DNA from: Eledone cirrhosa
Taxonomy: Eukaryota
Assembly (NCBI GenBank): GCA_964016885.1
Contig: OZ024741.1
Coordinates: 81,840,001-81,904,000, forward strand
DNA length: 64,000 nucleotides
Direction of reading: 5' to 3'
Shown here: piece by piece, positions 1 through 12,158 of the stretch
Layout of the letters: each line of letters begins with the position of its first letter
Numbering within the stretch: position 1 is the first letter of the stretch
The notes under the pieces: model-generated
The model's database searches: none
What the model was told of the DNA's origin: nothing
The model's input: only the letters and a program-made list of their open reading frames with translations
Program-made: the position numbers and the translations under genes

Positions 1-856
1 ATCTCTAGATCCGAAGACAGTTAATGTCTTCCAGAGAGAAAGAAAATGTTAGAAAAAAAATCATGAATCGATCTCAGTACTTTATTTATCGACCCCTACA
101 CGAAATAAAGAAAGCAAAGTTGACTTCGATGGGCTTTGAGTTCACAGCCAACGTCGATCAGAAACAAACAGAGGGTGTGTATCGAGAGAGTTTTGGGTGC
201 TGTCTTCACACACTACAGCAGTTTTTTAAAGACAGTCCCCAAGTCAAATTTTCATTTTTCATTTTTCAATTTCCTATTTTCTTTTCCTTATCTTCCATGA
301 TAAGTATGGGCTATATGTAACCCTGTTTTCTAATTCTGTCGAAGTTACTTGATGAGACCATCCTGTCTTGCATCATAAATGGATGATGGAGTTGGGCCAT
401 TGAAATATGTATAGTGATTTTACGGAATTAAAAATTGCAGCATATCCTCCAGTGCGGCCTTCTGTAGATAATAATAACAATAATAATAATGACTATAAGC
501 GAAGTTGCAGATTCGAGTAGTAGATTCGCAATCGATTTTAGAATGCTGTCACAAAGCATCAATGAAGGAGTAATCAATAAATCATTCCACAGAATAATCA
601 CAATAAGTAATAGTGACACAATGAAAAATGCGACCAGAGGCATGTTGCCACCTTGACACTACAAAATGGAAAAATACAGACAAGTTAAAGACGAACCTGG
701 ACCTGCTCGATGGCTATTGAATATTAATCGATAAGTATCTTCGATAGGTTTCTGAGGATGCGGAAGCTACACTCCAAGTTGCGTAATGTATATGCAAGTC
801 AGTAATGTATCCTTTCGCCAACAGGTCTTTCGTTCCAGTATCCACTTTCCACTTTC

Positions 857-908
857 TACAGTCGAAAACTAATGCTGTCTCTTAAGACAGCATTAGTTTT
901 CGATTGTA
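857..908. repeat. Near-perfect 24-bp-arm hairpin/palindrome
   Basis: tacagtcgaaaactaatgctgtct-ctta-agacagcattagttttcgattgta. Confidence 0.85.
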
Positions 909-1689
909 ATAGTCAATTTGGCAGTGAGGTCGTGTTCTTTCTCAAAACAGAGGAACTTCACGTCTGGGTTTTGGCGGTACATTTAAAAGTGTGAACAAAG
1001 GAATTTAATCACAGCCTCGAAGTAAACTCTCGACTAGGTTTTCAAACAAACAATTAAACCTTTAATTAACAAACAATTAAACATTTAATTAACAAACTAA
1101 TCAATCAATTAATTAATTATAAAGGCTAGGAGAAAATAATAATAATAATGAGAATAACCGAAGTTGCAGCTGCGAGTAGCAAATTCGCAATCGATTTTCG
1201 AAGGCTATCACAAAGCACTCATATATATATATATATATATATGATGGATAATATGAAACAAAATCTGTCGATGAAGGAGGCTCCCGTTCCAAAATAGAAA
1301 ATGCACTTTTGACTTGTAAATCTATTATGCAACTTGTGGTTCAGATTCCCGAATCCCCAGACACCTGTCAAAGATTTTTATCGATTTTTATCTAATCCTC
1401 TTCTACTCAAGACGGTCCAGGTTACTATTCAACCTCTTCGATTTATCCTAGTTGTGCTATAAGTATGCCCATATGAATTTGGTTGTTTTTTTTGTTGTCA
1501 CACTTTCTTCACTTTGTATTCACTCTGGACGAAAATGTATGAAATTTTCGAACCATTAAGTATGTGTGTGTTTGTGTATGCACTTTGACAGCGCACCTAT
1601 GACTCTAGCGGGTTGAGGTTGCAAGACAAGGCATACAACTTTTATTAAAGAATTTTAGTTTCGGCGCAGGCTCGGAAAATTTGATATGT

Positions 1690-1832
1690 AATTGATATTT
1701 TATTTTATCGAGCCCGGAGAGATGAAGGTCAAAGTTAACCTTGGTGTGTTTGAACTCAGAATATAAAGAGGCAAAACAAATAGCGCAATGGCATTTTACC
1801 TGACGCTCAACTAATTCTGGTAATCCATCAAC
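1690..1832 (-). mobile_element. tRNA-derived SINE (family A), degenerate
   Basis: Reverse complement matches the family A core (ctgagttcaaa...aggttaactttgaccttcatc...gataaaataaa). Confidence 0.7.
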
Positions 1833-2162
1833 CTAGCCAACCATAATTAATAAATGAAAGAGAATAATGATGGATTGACAGGATCACCATATAATTGCAC
1901 AAGTGTTCTGTGGTATGTAGTTACACCACTGTACACACTTCGTCCAAATTACACCGTATTTATTTTCCCTTCGTTCTTCCGGTTTACTCAAGGTCCGGTT
2001 TGATTAAATCGACAGTATAATCCTTGAAATATGGAGACATTGTTCCTCAGTAGGAAATTATTATTTCCCTCCCCATTTCATATTTCTAATGAAACGCTCT
2101 GCATATAACTAATATATCTAACTTTCACATTATTGAACTAATGTGCTTCTTATATTAAACAA

Positions 2163-3078
2163 CTAGCAGTGGGACCCGGCGTTGCACGAGACAAGGTATT
2201 TTTGAACGTGGGCCGCCAACAGACATAATCGTGGAAAAACTGCATGCCTGGACAATATGTAAAGCAAATAAACCGAATTCTCTGATGGCTGGATAATCTT
2301 TAAGATTTTCCTCGATGAAGCAGGAAAAATGCAGGTTTTCACCTAATGCGGGCCCTAGAGGATCAAGAAAATAATTTTTTTTATGTGCATAATATGCCTT
2401 GAAATTTCGGGAAAATTGGCTAGACGTAACGTCTCCAAAAAGCCCTAAAAAGCTGAAAAAATGAAGATTTTCACCTAATGCGGGCTCTAGGCCATAAGAA
2501 AGTTGGATTTTCTTTGCTCACGATATGAAGAAGAGACTGACTAGTACATAGTTACAATTTCAAGGAAATCGGTCTGACGTAACGCCTCAAAAACCCATAA
2601 AAAGCTTAAAAAACGCAGTTTTTCACCTAAGGAGATCAAAAAGTTGAATTATTATATGTGCATAACACTCCGTGAAACATAAGTAATACACATGTAAAGT
2701 TTGAAATAGATATGTTGGATACTTCTCGAGTTTTAGGGATTCAAACTCACAGACACACACACACACACACACACAGACGGACATCCTCAGGGAAGTGACG
2801 TAATGCAGACAGCCAGGCATACAGACAGATATTATAAGGGCGCGACGTTATATGTATGTATCTATCTAAAAAGCGAAAGACTAAGAATTATAGAGAGAGA
2901 TCGCTAAATCGCCTAATGTGGTCCCTAGGGCATTGAAAATTTGAAATTCTTTGCTCAGAACACTCTTTGAAACATAAGTATTACACGTGTTAAGTTTGAA
3001 AACAGTCGGTTGGGTCGTTCTCGAGTTTTAGGGATTCAAACTCACACAGACAGACATCCTCAGTTTTATATATATAGA
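2163..3078 (-). mobile_element. Non-autonomous Helitron (family H1)
   Basis: Minus strand starts TC(tatatatataaaactgaggatgtc) and ends with a GC-rich hairpin-like segment (cgtgcaacgccggg) then CTAG|T; internal (CA)n and subrepeats; second copy at 13388. Confidence 0.75.
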
Positions 3079-3456
3079 CTAGCAGAAAACCACCCACCGG
3101 GTGGTTTTCTGCTAGTATATATATATATTACACACACAGAAATGTATATATATTTCTGTGTGTATATATATATATTACACACACAGAAATGTATATATAT
3201 TTCTGTGTGTATATATATATATTTCTGTGTGTGTATATATATATATATATTACACACACACAGAAATGTATATATGTTTCTGTAGCACTCCTCAATTCCC
3301 CCCTCTCTCCCTCCCGCTATCCCCCTCTCGTAGTCTTCACTTTCTTTCACTCTCACTCTCTCTCTACGCGTGCGCAAAAAACATTCGCACGCGCGCACGT
3401 GTTTCCACTGTCGGACAGACAGACAGAGAAATTGCCGGTTATATATTATAAGGAGA
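3079..3456 (-). mobile_element. Non-autonomous Helitron (family H2), fused head-to-tail with H1, internally rearranged
   Basis: 5' A|TCTCCTTATAATATAT...tctgtctgtctgtccg; 3' hairpin CCACCC/GGGTGG followed by CTAG. Confidence 0.6.
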
Positions 3457-4291
3457 TTACATATACATATGTAACTATGTATATCATCATCATCATCATC
3501 CCCATTATATATATATATAATATGGGCCGAAGCCGAAAAAATTTTGTTTGGCAGCTCTAATTGCGCCTTAATTTTATTCAAAAAATTGTATACTAACATA
3601 TTCGAATACCAGGCACTATTGGAATCAACAATAGCAGCATCCTGAGGGTCATTACAAAACACAAATTCGCGAGAATTAGTGTTTAAGGCTTGTAAGGTGG
3701 TAAAAAAATCCACAAAATCTTCCATTCTTTAAAAAAAAAAAATTATTTTTAATAATATTTAAATAACTGGCAGTTAGAAAAAAATATTCCCATGAAATTT
3801 TAATCATACCATTAGGTGTGAATAAGGAAATATCTTTTTATTGTCAAAACAAATGTTCAAAAGTTAAACTTCAATTTTTTGAATTATTTCCAATTTTTTC
3901 ATGAAATTGAACACTGGACATTGGCTGCTGGAAATGGAAATTAAATCGTATTTAATTGTATTTAAATTTCTAACCTTATTTTATTATTTATATTTTTCCA
4001 ATAAGAAATAAAAAAAAACAACAAAAAAAATTGAAGAAAAAAATTGAACAAATCAAACGTAGGTTATGGAACTGCGCAATCTGATTAATAAATTACCTCA
4101 TCAGCAGCAACCTTCTTCAAATGGTCCTTATTATCAGCAGCAACAACCACAAATTCAATGGCAACCTTCTTCGCATGGTGTCAAGTCAGAACCGCCTCGA
4201 ACTGGTTACTTCTGGCTTTTGCAAGGTGTCTCTATAGCAACCAGCGATTCCCTCGGCCTCAGTAACCAAAGTCAGTGGAGAGGGGAAGGTA

Positions 4292-4460
4292 ATGTTTCTG
4301 TAGCACGTGTTTTAGCGTCTATTCACTCTCTCTCTCTCTCCCTCCCGCTATCCCCCTCTCGTAGTCTGTCTCTTTCTTTCACTCTCATTCTCTCTCTACG
4401 CACGTGTTTCCAGTGTCGGACAGACAGACAGAGAAATTGCTGGTCATATATATAAGTAGA
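4292..4460 (-). mobile_element. Helitron H2 5'-end fragment
   Basis: Direct repeat of 3275-3456; minus strand begins A|TCTACTTATATATATG. Confidence 0.55.
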
Positions 4461-5050
4461 TGTCACGACAAAAAGCACCCAGCCACACAGTAGAGTGGTT
4501 GTGTAGGTGTCACGCAAAAAGCACCCAGTACTCACTGTAAATGTGGTTGGCATTAGGAAGGGCATCCAGCCGTACAATCCAAGCCCAAATCAGTTCTGTA
4601 TGAGCAAGACATATGTCATCTGACTTGATGTGCCTCAGAGAGGACAACCCGTTTAAACTATGCTAGCGTGGAAAATGGATGTTCATCAGTAATGATGATG
4701 GTACATATGTATGTGTATATGTGTGTATGTCGGGTCACCCTTGAGTGCTACTAGTAACATGTAACCTAGTACAACCTGTCGCATGGTCAAGTTGGCAGCG
4801 ACTAAGCCGGCAACTCCCCCAGGTTTACTTGGTGCAGAGGGTGATTTTGGACACTCTACAGGACAAAAAACAAGACCCGACAAAGGGCGGAATAACTCAC
4901 AAGAGAACTAATTCTGGCTTGGTTTCTATAACTGGATGCTCTTCCTAATGCCAACCACATTTACTGTGTGTACTGGGTGATTTTTGTTGTGACACTTACA
5001 CTATCACTCTATGGTGTGGGCTGGGTGTTTTTGTGAAGTCATCTACACGA
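4461..5050. repeat. Two inverted copies of a SINE/RTE-related repeat tail (4461-4575 and 4925-5050) around a 5' fragment of the 600-bp family (4728-4915)
   Basis: gtggttggcattaggaagggcatccagccgta and its reverse complement ctggatgctcttcctaatgccaaccac. Confidence 0.6.
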
Positions 5051-5498
5051 CTATTATGTTTGTGTATATATATGTATATAAATAAACGTTTGTATATGTA
5101 TAATAAAGCCAAAACAATGCAGGTATGGACATAGAATAAAGAATGCAAATGCAAAAGATATTGTTGACAATTAGTCTTTTACCTTAGATTTATTTAAATG
5201 TCCTTAATTTTCGGAGGGAAGTAAAGCGGTTAAACCCGTGTTTTAAATAGCTTGCCAAGTCATGCTGACAGGAAATGGTATAGAGTATCTCTTCTATCTC
5301 TAATGTCAAAGAGTTAAGGTTAGGTGGATAAAGAGTAATCTCCCTTTAAAAGGGTTTTTTTGTACATGCCTGTTTAAGTGTGTGGGAGAATGCATGAAGG
5401 TGTAAGTATGTGAGTGTGTGTGTGTTAGTGTGAGAAGATTTATCTATACGTAAACGTGGGTGATAGATGCTATCTCGTGTTAGAACTGGTCTTTGTGT

Positions 5499-5553
<55 letters not shown>

Positions 5554-5791
5554 CGTGTGTGTGTGTGTGCGCGTGTGTGTGTGGGGTGTGTGTAAATATC
5601 GGGCTAGAAGCTCTATCAAGTTATAAATTGGGTGTTGAGTTCTAGTCTATTATTGATTGGTGGTTGTGTTTTGTCTATAATTAGTGCTTCCTTAATTCTA
5701 AGATTGCCGAGGTTTTTTTCCTTAGTTTCTATCCTAACTGCATAGTTTCGGCTTTATTATACATATACAAACGCTTATACCTCATTACACA

Positions 5792-8333
5792 ATGCTTCAA
5801 GTGAACTATAACCTCCACCTTTCCTTACGCCTGAGCCAGGCCCAGTTCACAACTTTAAAGAAACTCTTCCAGCTATCTGAAAAGCGCGCCAAAGCCGGCT
5901 GTCAAATAAACTTCCTAAAACGATGCCTGAATAACAACATCATCCCCAAAACTATCAAAAACTTGCACCTACCAACATGCTTCAAATCAGCAGGCCTCAA
6001 ACGATCACTTAGTTACATACAACAATTCTGCCTAAGAAACTCATATAACACCTACACCGCACGCTACAACAACACATACGGACTATTTCAAGAGTTATCT
6101 CCGCCGCTATAGACAGGTCATACCACCATCGCCGAGACTACGAGAAAATACACTTAACGCAAAATTTTCTAAAACTCAGCACGGCTAACCGTCTTAACAA
6201 CATCCCAACTCTAAGCACCAACAGAGGCGAACAAGACGTTACCAACACCGAACCTAGCGGCGCCCCGACCAACAACACACCTGACACAAAACACCTCGTC
6301 ACAGACTTGACATGATCCCTCTCCCGAGAGGAATTAGACCTCCTCAGCCTGGGTCCCAAGTTCATATTGAAACAGAGACTGGGCGACAAATTATGGCTCG
6401 ACATAGAAACGAATTTCTGTCGGGCTGCCTACCAACTAAAATGGATATCGACTCTCGGCAACAACACCACCGAATCTAACAAACCCAGATTCCAGATATA
6501 CCAACTGGATCGCCCACTCTGTCCACCGCCTGCCAACCGCGAGCTTGAAGAAAAACTCTCGAGGCTAAAACATTCCGTATTTAACATCTTACGGAAACAG
6601 AAGAAGATAGCCCCAAACCTCTCCAGGAGACAACAACTCGCCCTGAAGAAAATACGGAATAGGGAACTTATATACTTACCATCCGACAAAGGTGAAGAGT
6701 TCTGCGTCATCTCTCAAGCCGCATACAACAACATAGCCTTTGAAAACCTAAGCGACAATGAATTATATACAGAGATCCCGGACATGACGGCAGCCCAGAT
6801 CGAAAAACAGACCAATTCCATCTGGTTCGATATCTGTAGGAGAAGACAACTCCCACATAAAGTTAAGCTCAACTACACCACTAGAAATAGCAGACTGCCG
6901 TCTTTCTACCACCTCATCAAGACCCACAAGAATAGAGACGCAAATAAGACGCAAATAAAACCCTTCGTCTCTAGCATAGAAGGACCCCTATACAACATTT
7001 CCTGGCTTCTCTCCCAGGTCCTCAAGCCTCTACTCTCCACCTTTTCCGGGCATGTCAGTAACTCCGACGAAGCTATACGTAGACTACACCAACTCCAGCC
7101 AGAACAACTTAAACTAAATAGATACGCCTTTACCTCGACGTTGTCTCCCTCTACACTACAGTCCCCGCTCATCCAGCTGTCGATTTATTGACGGACTGCG
7201 TGGTCGCAGAGGACATCCACTGCTACGGCCTCCATCCGACGGACATACACCAGCTTTTGTCCTTCACAGTAGACAACACGTATTCACCTTCCACCACCAC
7301 ACATACAGACAGACAACAGGATTACCCATGGGATCCAGCCTATCGGGCCTGCTGGCCATCACCTATATGAACCAGCTAGAATGCCGAGCCCTCAACACCT
7401 GCCATTTCCATACCTTCTTCACCCGATATGTAGATGACATACTCATCCTTACATCATCCCGTGAGGAGGCAGATAAAATATACACAACATTCTCCAGCAT
7501 GGACGCCAGTATAAAGTTCAGCATGGAACACCCCGATGACCGCGAATCCCTTTCCCTACTGGACTTCCAACTCAGGGTAACAGAGGAAGGCAACATCCAC
7601 ACCTGCTTCTATAAAAAAGCCGCCAGCAGGGACCTGTTCGTACATTTCAGATCGGCCCTCCCAGGCGGCGCTAAGTTCGGATACATAAGGAACGAACTAC
7701 ACGTATCCGGAAAAATGCACCGACGCTAGAGTCCGAGACACACACACCACACATTTCCTGGAAGTACTCAAACTGAAAGGATACACGACATCCACCACAA
7801 ACCGTGCCCGAAAAAAAAGAGGATACCACACCCGAGGCACTAACACTTGCTTCCTGAAGCTCCCACACTTCAGTGACAAAACAACAACAGCCATCCGCAG
7901 AGCTATCAGACGAGAGGGACTAGATATCCAACTGGCCCACTCAGCTCCTTCTCTACGCGGACAGCTAACCAAAAGACACTCCACCAGACATGACAACTGC
8001 TGCAGGCTAGCCAACTGCCCCATCAACGACACAGACCTATGCCACCAGGCTTACGTCGTATACAGACTAGAGTGTGACAAATGCAGCAACTTCTACGTAG
8101 GTAGCACCACCAGACCACTCCACATAAGAATAAAAGAACACCTCAATACTAACGCTTCCTCATTTAAGAAACACCTAGTTAAATGCAAAAACACCGACAA
8201 AACCATAACAGTTAGGATAGAAACTAAGGAAAGAAACCTCGGCAATCTTAGAATTAAGGAAGCACTAATTATAGACAAAACCCACCCACTAATCAATAAT
8301 AGACTAGAAATCAACCCCCAATTTATAACTTGA
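5792..8333 (+). pseudogene. PLE-1 RT plus GIY-YIG endonuclease ORF, frameshifted
   Basis: N-terminal FLKRCLNNNIIPK; SDKG, FYHLIKTHK, MGSSLS, RYVDD, LLD; GIY-YIG VVYRLECDKCSNFYVGST..RIKEH; TGA stop at 8331. Confidence 0.92.
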
Positions 8334-8740
8334 TAGAGCTGCTAGCTCCATATTTACACCCCCCACACATACACGCAGACACACACGCACGCACACACAC
8401 ACACACACACCCACACGCTTACACCTCCACTTATTCTCCCTCACACACACACATACACACACAAAGACCAGTTCTAACACGAGATAACTTCTATCCCCCA
8501 CATTTACGTATAGACATATCTTCTCACACTCACACACACACACTCACATACTTACACCTTCATGCATTCTCCCACACACTTAAACAGGCATGTACAAAAA
8601 AAAAACCTTTTAAAGGGAGACTACTCTTTATCCACCTAACCTTAACTCTTTGACATTAGAGGTAGAACAGATACTCTATACCATTTCCTGTCAGCATGAC
8701 TTGGCAAGCTATTTAGAACACTGGTTTAACCGCTTTACTT

Positions 8741-8777
8741 CCCGCCGAAGAAGAGATATTATCTCGAAAATTAAGGA
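8741..8777 (+). ncRNA. Minimal type I hammerhead-like motif (core CCGAAGA) in PLE-1 pLTR
   Basis: cccg-CCGAAGA-agagatattatctc-GAAA-at-TA-agga; palindromic AATT replaces stem III; stem I has a mismatch in this copy. Confidence 0.6.
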
Positions 8778-8999
8778 CATTTAAATAAATCTAAGGTAAA
8801 CGACTAATTGTCAAAAATATCTTTTACATTTGCATTCTTTATTCTATGCCAATACCTGCATTGTTTTGGCTTTATTATACATATACAAACGTTTATACCT
8901 CATTACACAATGCTTCAAGTGAACTATAACCTCCTCCATATATATAAATGTTTATATACATATATGTATGTATATATATGTATATATATATGCATTTAT

Positions 9000-9590
9000 A
9001 TGGTGGCTGCCAACTCGTTTTCGAGTACGGCCACTACTTTATATCCATGTAGGAGAACCTCTACAGATGCGCTGAACGAGTGTGACATTTTAGTCAAGCC
9101 AGCGACTTGAAAACTCTGGTACACTTGTGACAATTATTGACACATAGTGCTGGGCCCATGGTGACGACAAGTGCAGAGAGATCTCCAGATATAAAACAAT
9201 GCCTGTGCCGTGAAGCTTTTATAGTGAGCAAAGGCACTGCACAAAGCCAGTCCCACTCTCTTAACCAAGATGATATTTACCAAAAAGAAGAACAAGTCAA
9301 CATCATTGGATACCATCAGGGTTGCAGGTGTTATATCAGAGTTTTCCTCCTCATAGAATTCTGCCTTGACAAAGGCTAAGGGGGTCATCTCTCCCGGTGA
9401 TTTTAGATGGCCATTGACTCTTAAGAGCTCCTTTGCCCTTTGACAGGTTTAGTCCTGCAGGATGTCCAAAGTCACCCTCCTCACCAAGAAACCTTGGCGG
9501 GGTTGCCAGTTTAGTCGCCAACGACCCGACCATGAGACAGGTTGTACTGGGATACATGTTACCAGTAGCACCAACTGGTGACCTGACATA
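9000..9590 (-). mobile_element. ~600-bp non-autonomous retroposon with RTE-like 5' UTR and (TATG)n-type end
   Basis: Near-identical copies at 17982-18621 and 32738-33192; ggaaaactctga motif; ends tactcgaaaacgagttggcagccacc. Confidence 0.7.
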
Positions 9591-9714
9591 CATGTATATA
9601 TATATATGTATATATACATACATATATGTATGTATGTATATATATATTTATATGTATGTAGGTATCAGGGGCGAAGGGTGCGTGCATGCGTTATAGAACC
9701 TTGAGTGGATCAAT

Positions 9715-9778
9715 TGCGTTTGTTGAAGCAAGCAGAATTTTGGCTGCTTGCTAAATCGTAGATACATAAAAAGATAAT

Positions 9779-9810
<32 letters not shown>

Positions 9811-10082
9811 AGAAACACACGACAGCGTCGGTTGAAGCAAGCAGAATTTTGGCTGCTTGCTAAATCGTAGACACATAAAAAGATAACACACACACACATA
9901 CACACAAACACACGACAGCGTCGGTTGAAGCAAGCAGAATTTTGGCTGCTTGCTAAATCGTAGACACATAAAAAGATAACACACACACACATACACACAA
10001 ACACACGATAGCGTCGGTTGAAGCAAACATAATTTTGGCTGCTTACTAAATCGTAGACACATAAAAAGATAACACACACACA
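9715..10082. repeat. Minisatellite, about 4 copies of a ~90-bp unit with embedded (CA)n
   Basis: gttgaagcaagcagaattttggctgcttgctaaatcgtaga...ataaaaagataa repeated four times. Confidence 0.9.
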
Positions 10083-10164
10083 CTAGATAACACTACATGC
10101 GGCTTTGACCGGGAGGGTCATTTAGAGGGAGGATAGGGTAGGGGTAGTGGATTGGGGTGTATAT

Positions 10165-10325
10165 TTGGTTAAGATGTGCCTACTGACTATAGGTTTCGCT
10201 TTGTACATAGGCAAGGCGGGTCTTCTGTATTACTGCGTGGCGCCAAAGATCTTGGTCCAGTGACAGTGTCTTAGAGAAGTGCAAGTGTGTAAGGTCGGAA
10301 TTTATCTGATCGTCCCAGGTTTTTC
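10165..10325 (-). mobile_element. RTE-clade LINE C-terminal fragment
   Basis: Minus-strand translation KTWDDQINSDLTHL...LDQDLWRHAV resembles the RTE ORF C-terminus. Confidence 0.55.
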
Positions 10326-10412
10326 ATATATATATGTATATATATATATATGTATGTATCTGTATGTATGGATGTATATGTATTTGGATGGATGGATGTA
10401 TCTGTAGGTGCA

Positions 10413-10745
10413 GGCGCATGGCTTATTGGTTAGAGCGTCTGGCTTATAATCGTGAGGTTGAGAGTTCAATTCTCAGACCGGGCTTTGCGTTGTGTTCTTG
10501 AGCAAGACACTTTATTTCATATTGCTTCAGTTCACTCGGCTGTAGAAACTGAGTTGCAACATTACTGGTGCCAAGCTGTTTCAGCCATTGCCTTTCCCTT
10601 GGACAAAATCGGTGGCGTGGAGAGGGAGACTGGTATGTATGGGCGACTGCTGATCTTCCACAAAACAACTTTGCCCGGACATTTGCCTCTGAGGAGAACT
10701 TTCTAGGTGCAAATCCCATGGACATTTGTGACCAAATGGGTTCTT
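10413..10745 (+). mobile_element. tRNA-derived SINE (family B, V-domain-like)
   Basis: A-box tggcttattgg, B-box agttcaattct, then tgtgttcttgagcaagacacttt; copy at 45627. Confidence 0.8.
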
Positions 10746-11473
10746 TATATGTATGTATTAACGTATATATATATATATATGTATATTGCTAGCAGGGAAA
10801 ACAGATGTTTAAATATATATATATTGCATGATCAATTATATGTATGATGTGAATCACCAGCTAATTACAAATAGATTTTTTTTTTGCAAATACAGGTGTG
10901 AGTGATCAAGTTGGCAGAGTCGTAAGAGCATTTGTTATTGTTTTCTGGGTCTCTAGTTTCTCAGTTCAAATCCCACTGAGGTCCACCATTACCTTTTTTT
11001 TTTTGCAGGGGGATTACGAAAGCATCACCTCAGTGCTGGTGAAGCCCTCTCTCCACCCAGCTGGATGTTCTGCAAGATCAGGAGAGGGAGAGTTAAGAAG
11101 CTCCTGTTATTTGTTCTCAACTGCATGGGCACCTAAAAGCCTTAGTGAAAGTCATATTTTATTGAGTAAAAGATGTAGTTTTTTTTTTCTTTTGTATCCA
11201 TCAATCTCTCATTCTTTCACCCTCATTATCGCCCCCTCTCTCTCTCTGTCTCACTATATGTGTATTAGAGCTGTAACTTGGTATTGGCCAGTTTGGAGAG
11301 TGCATTTATGCAAGAAATCCCTCATTACGGAGTCACTGGTATAGTTTCACAGCTATAATAAAATGTACATCACTTTACCCATGTATTTTGCTTTGCTTTT
11401 TCCCCTGCTTTTATACCAAAATCTCTCTCTCTCTCTATACATATATAATATGTATATATATATATATATATGT

Positions 11474-12097
11474 ATTGAAATTTCCGTTGAAAACAGAAAA
11501 GGTCATAGAAGTGAAGAGTGCTCTATGTAAGTATCAGAGCAAAATTTAATGTATAAAAATCAATACAATATAATTACCTCATTACCAGAGGTTTCCCGAA
11601 TGAGGCGAATACGAATACACTTAGATGCGGAAGTAAAAGAGGTAAGGGAGTGTAATAATTAAAGGAAAGTATTAATCTCGATATATTTATAAAAATGTAA
11701 CAATAAATTAAGTGTACGAGTGTGTAGGCGTTTTATGCGCGCGCCTTCATATTCATATACTTATGATGTACATACAGATACATTGCCCTAAATTTTAGAT
11801 TTACGCACACTTTTTCACTATACGTATACATATGTGAATATACATATATGCACATCTGTGAGCGTATATACATACATATACACACACCTAACTATATTTC
11901 TTGATAGATTTTTATATATTTCAATTTCTAATTCATTTGTCTATATCTTTTTTTGATTTTCTTGATGAGTTTTTCTAAATATTTACCCATGTTTTATATT
12001 GCCTCGTCTGACGAACGAATGAAGACGTTTCTTTCGTATTCGCCTCATTCGGGAAACCTCTGGTAATGAGGTAATTATATTGTATTGATTTTTATAC

Positions 12098-12101
<4 letters not shown>
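11474..12101. mobile_element. Mini PLE-type fold-back element between (TA)n tracts
   Basis: 11547-11615 inverted to 12033-12101; left arm extends about 70 nt further; HHR in right arm. Confidence 0.7.
11998..12075 (+). ncRNA. Type I hammerhead ribozyme (CUGACGA), GUA cleavage site
   Basis: Stem I attgcctcgt/atgaggtaat; stem II cgaatga/tcattcg with A·G at its base; GAAA-cc-tct-gg-TA. Confidence 0.75.

Positions 12102-12158
<57 letters not shown>

Larger units (their letters stand above)
5082..8937 (+). mobile_element. Penelope-like element PLE-1, near full length, with inverted copy of its 3' end/pLTR (5082-5740) and 3' tail
   Basis: 5082-5740 is the reverse complement of about 8208-8896; 5746-5815 is repeated at 8865-8935; TA-rich flanks. 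Confidence 0.92.

Noticed and set aside
4066-4290. Q-rich ORF start
   Set aside because: Short, low complexity, and runs into a Helitron fragment.
4540-4590. Twister ribozyme near ggaagggcatccagccgta...ccaagccc
   Set aside because: Required pseudoknot pairings could not be assembled.
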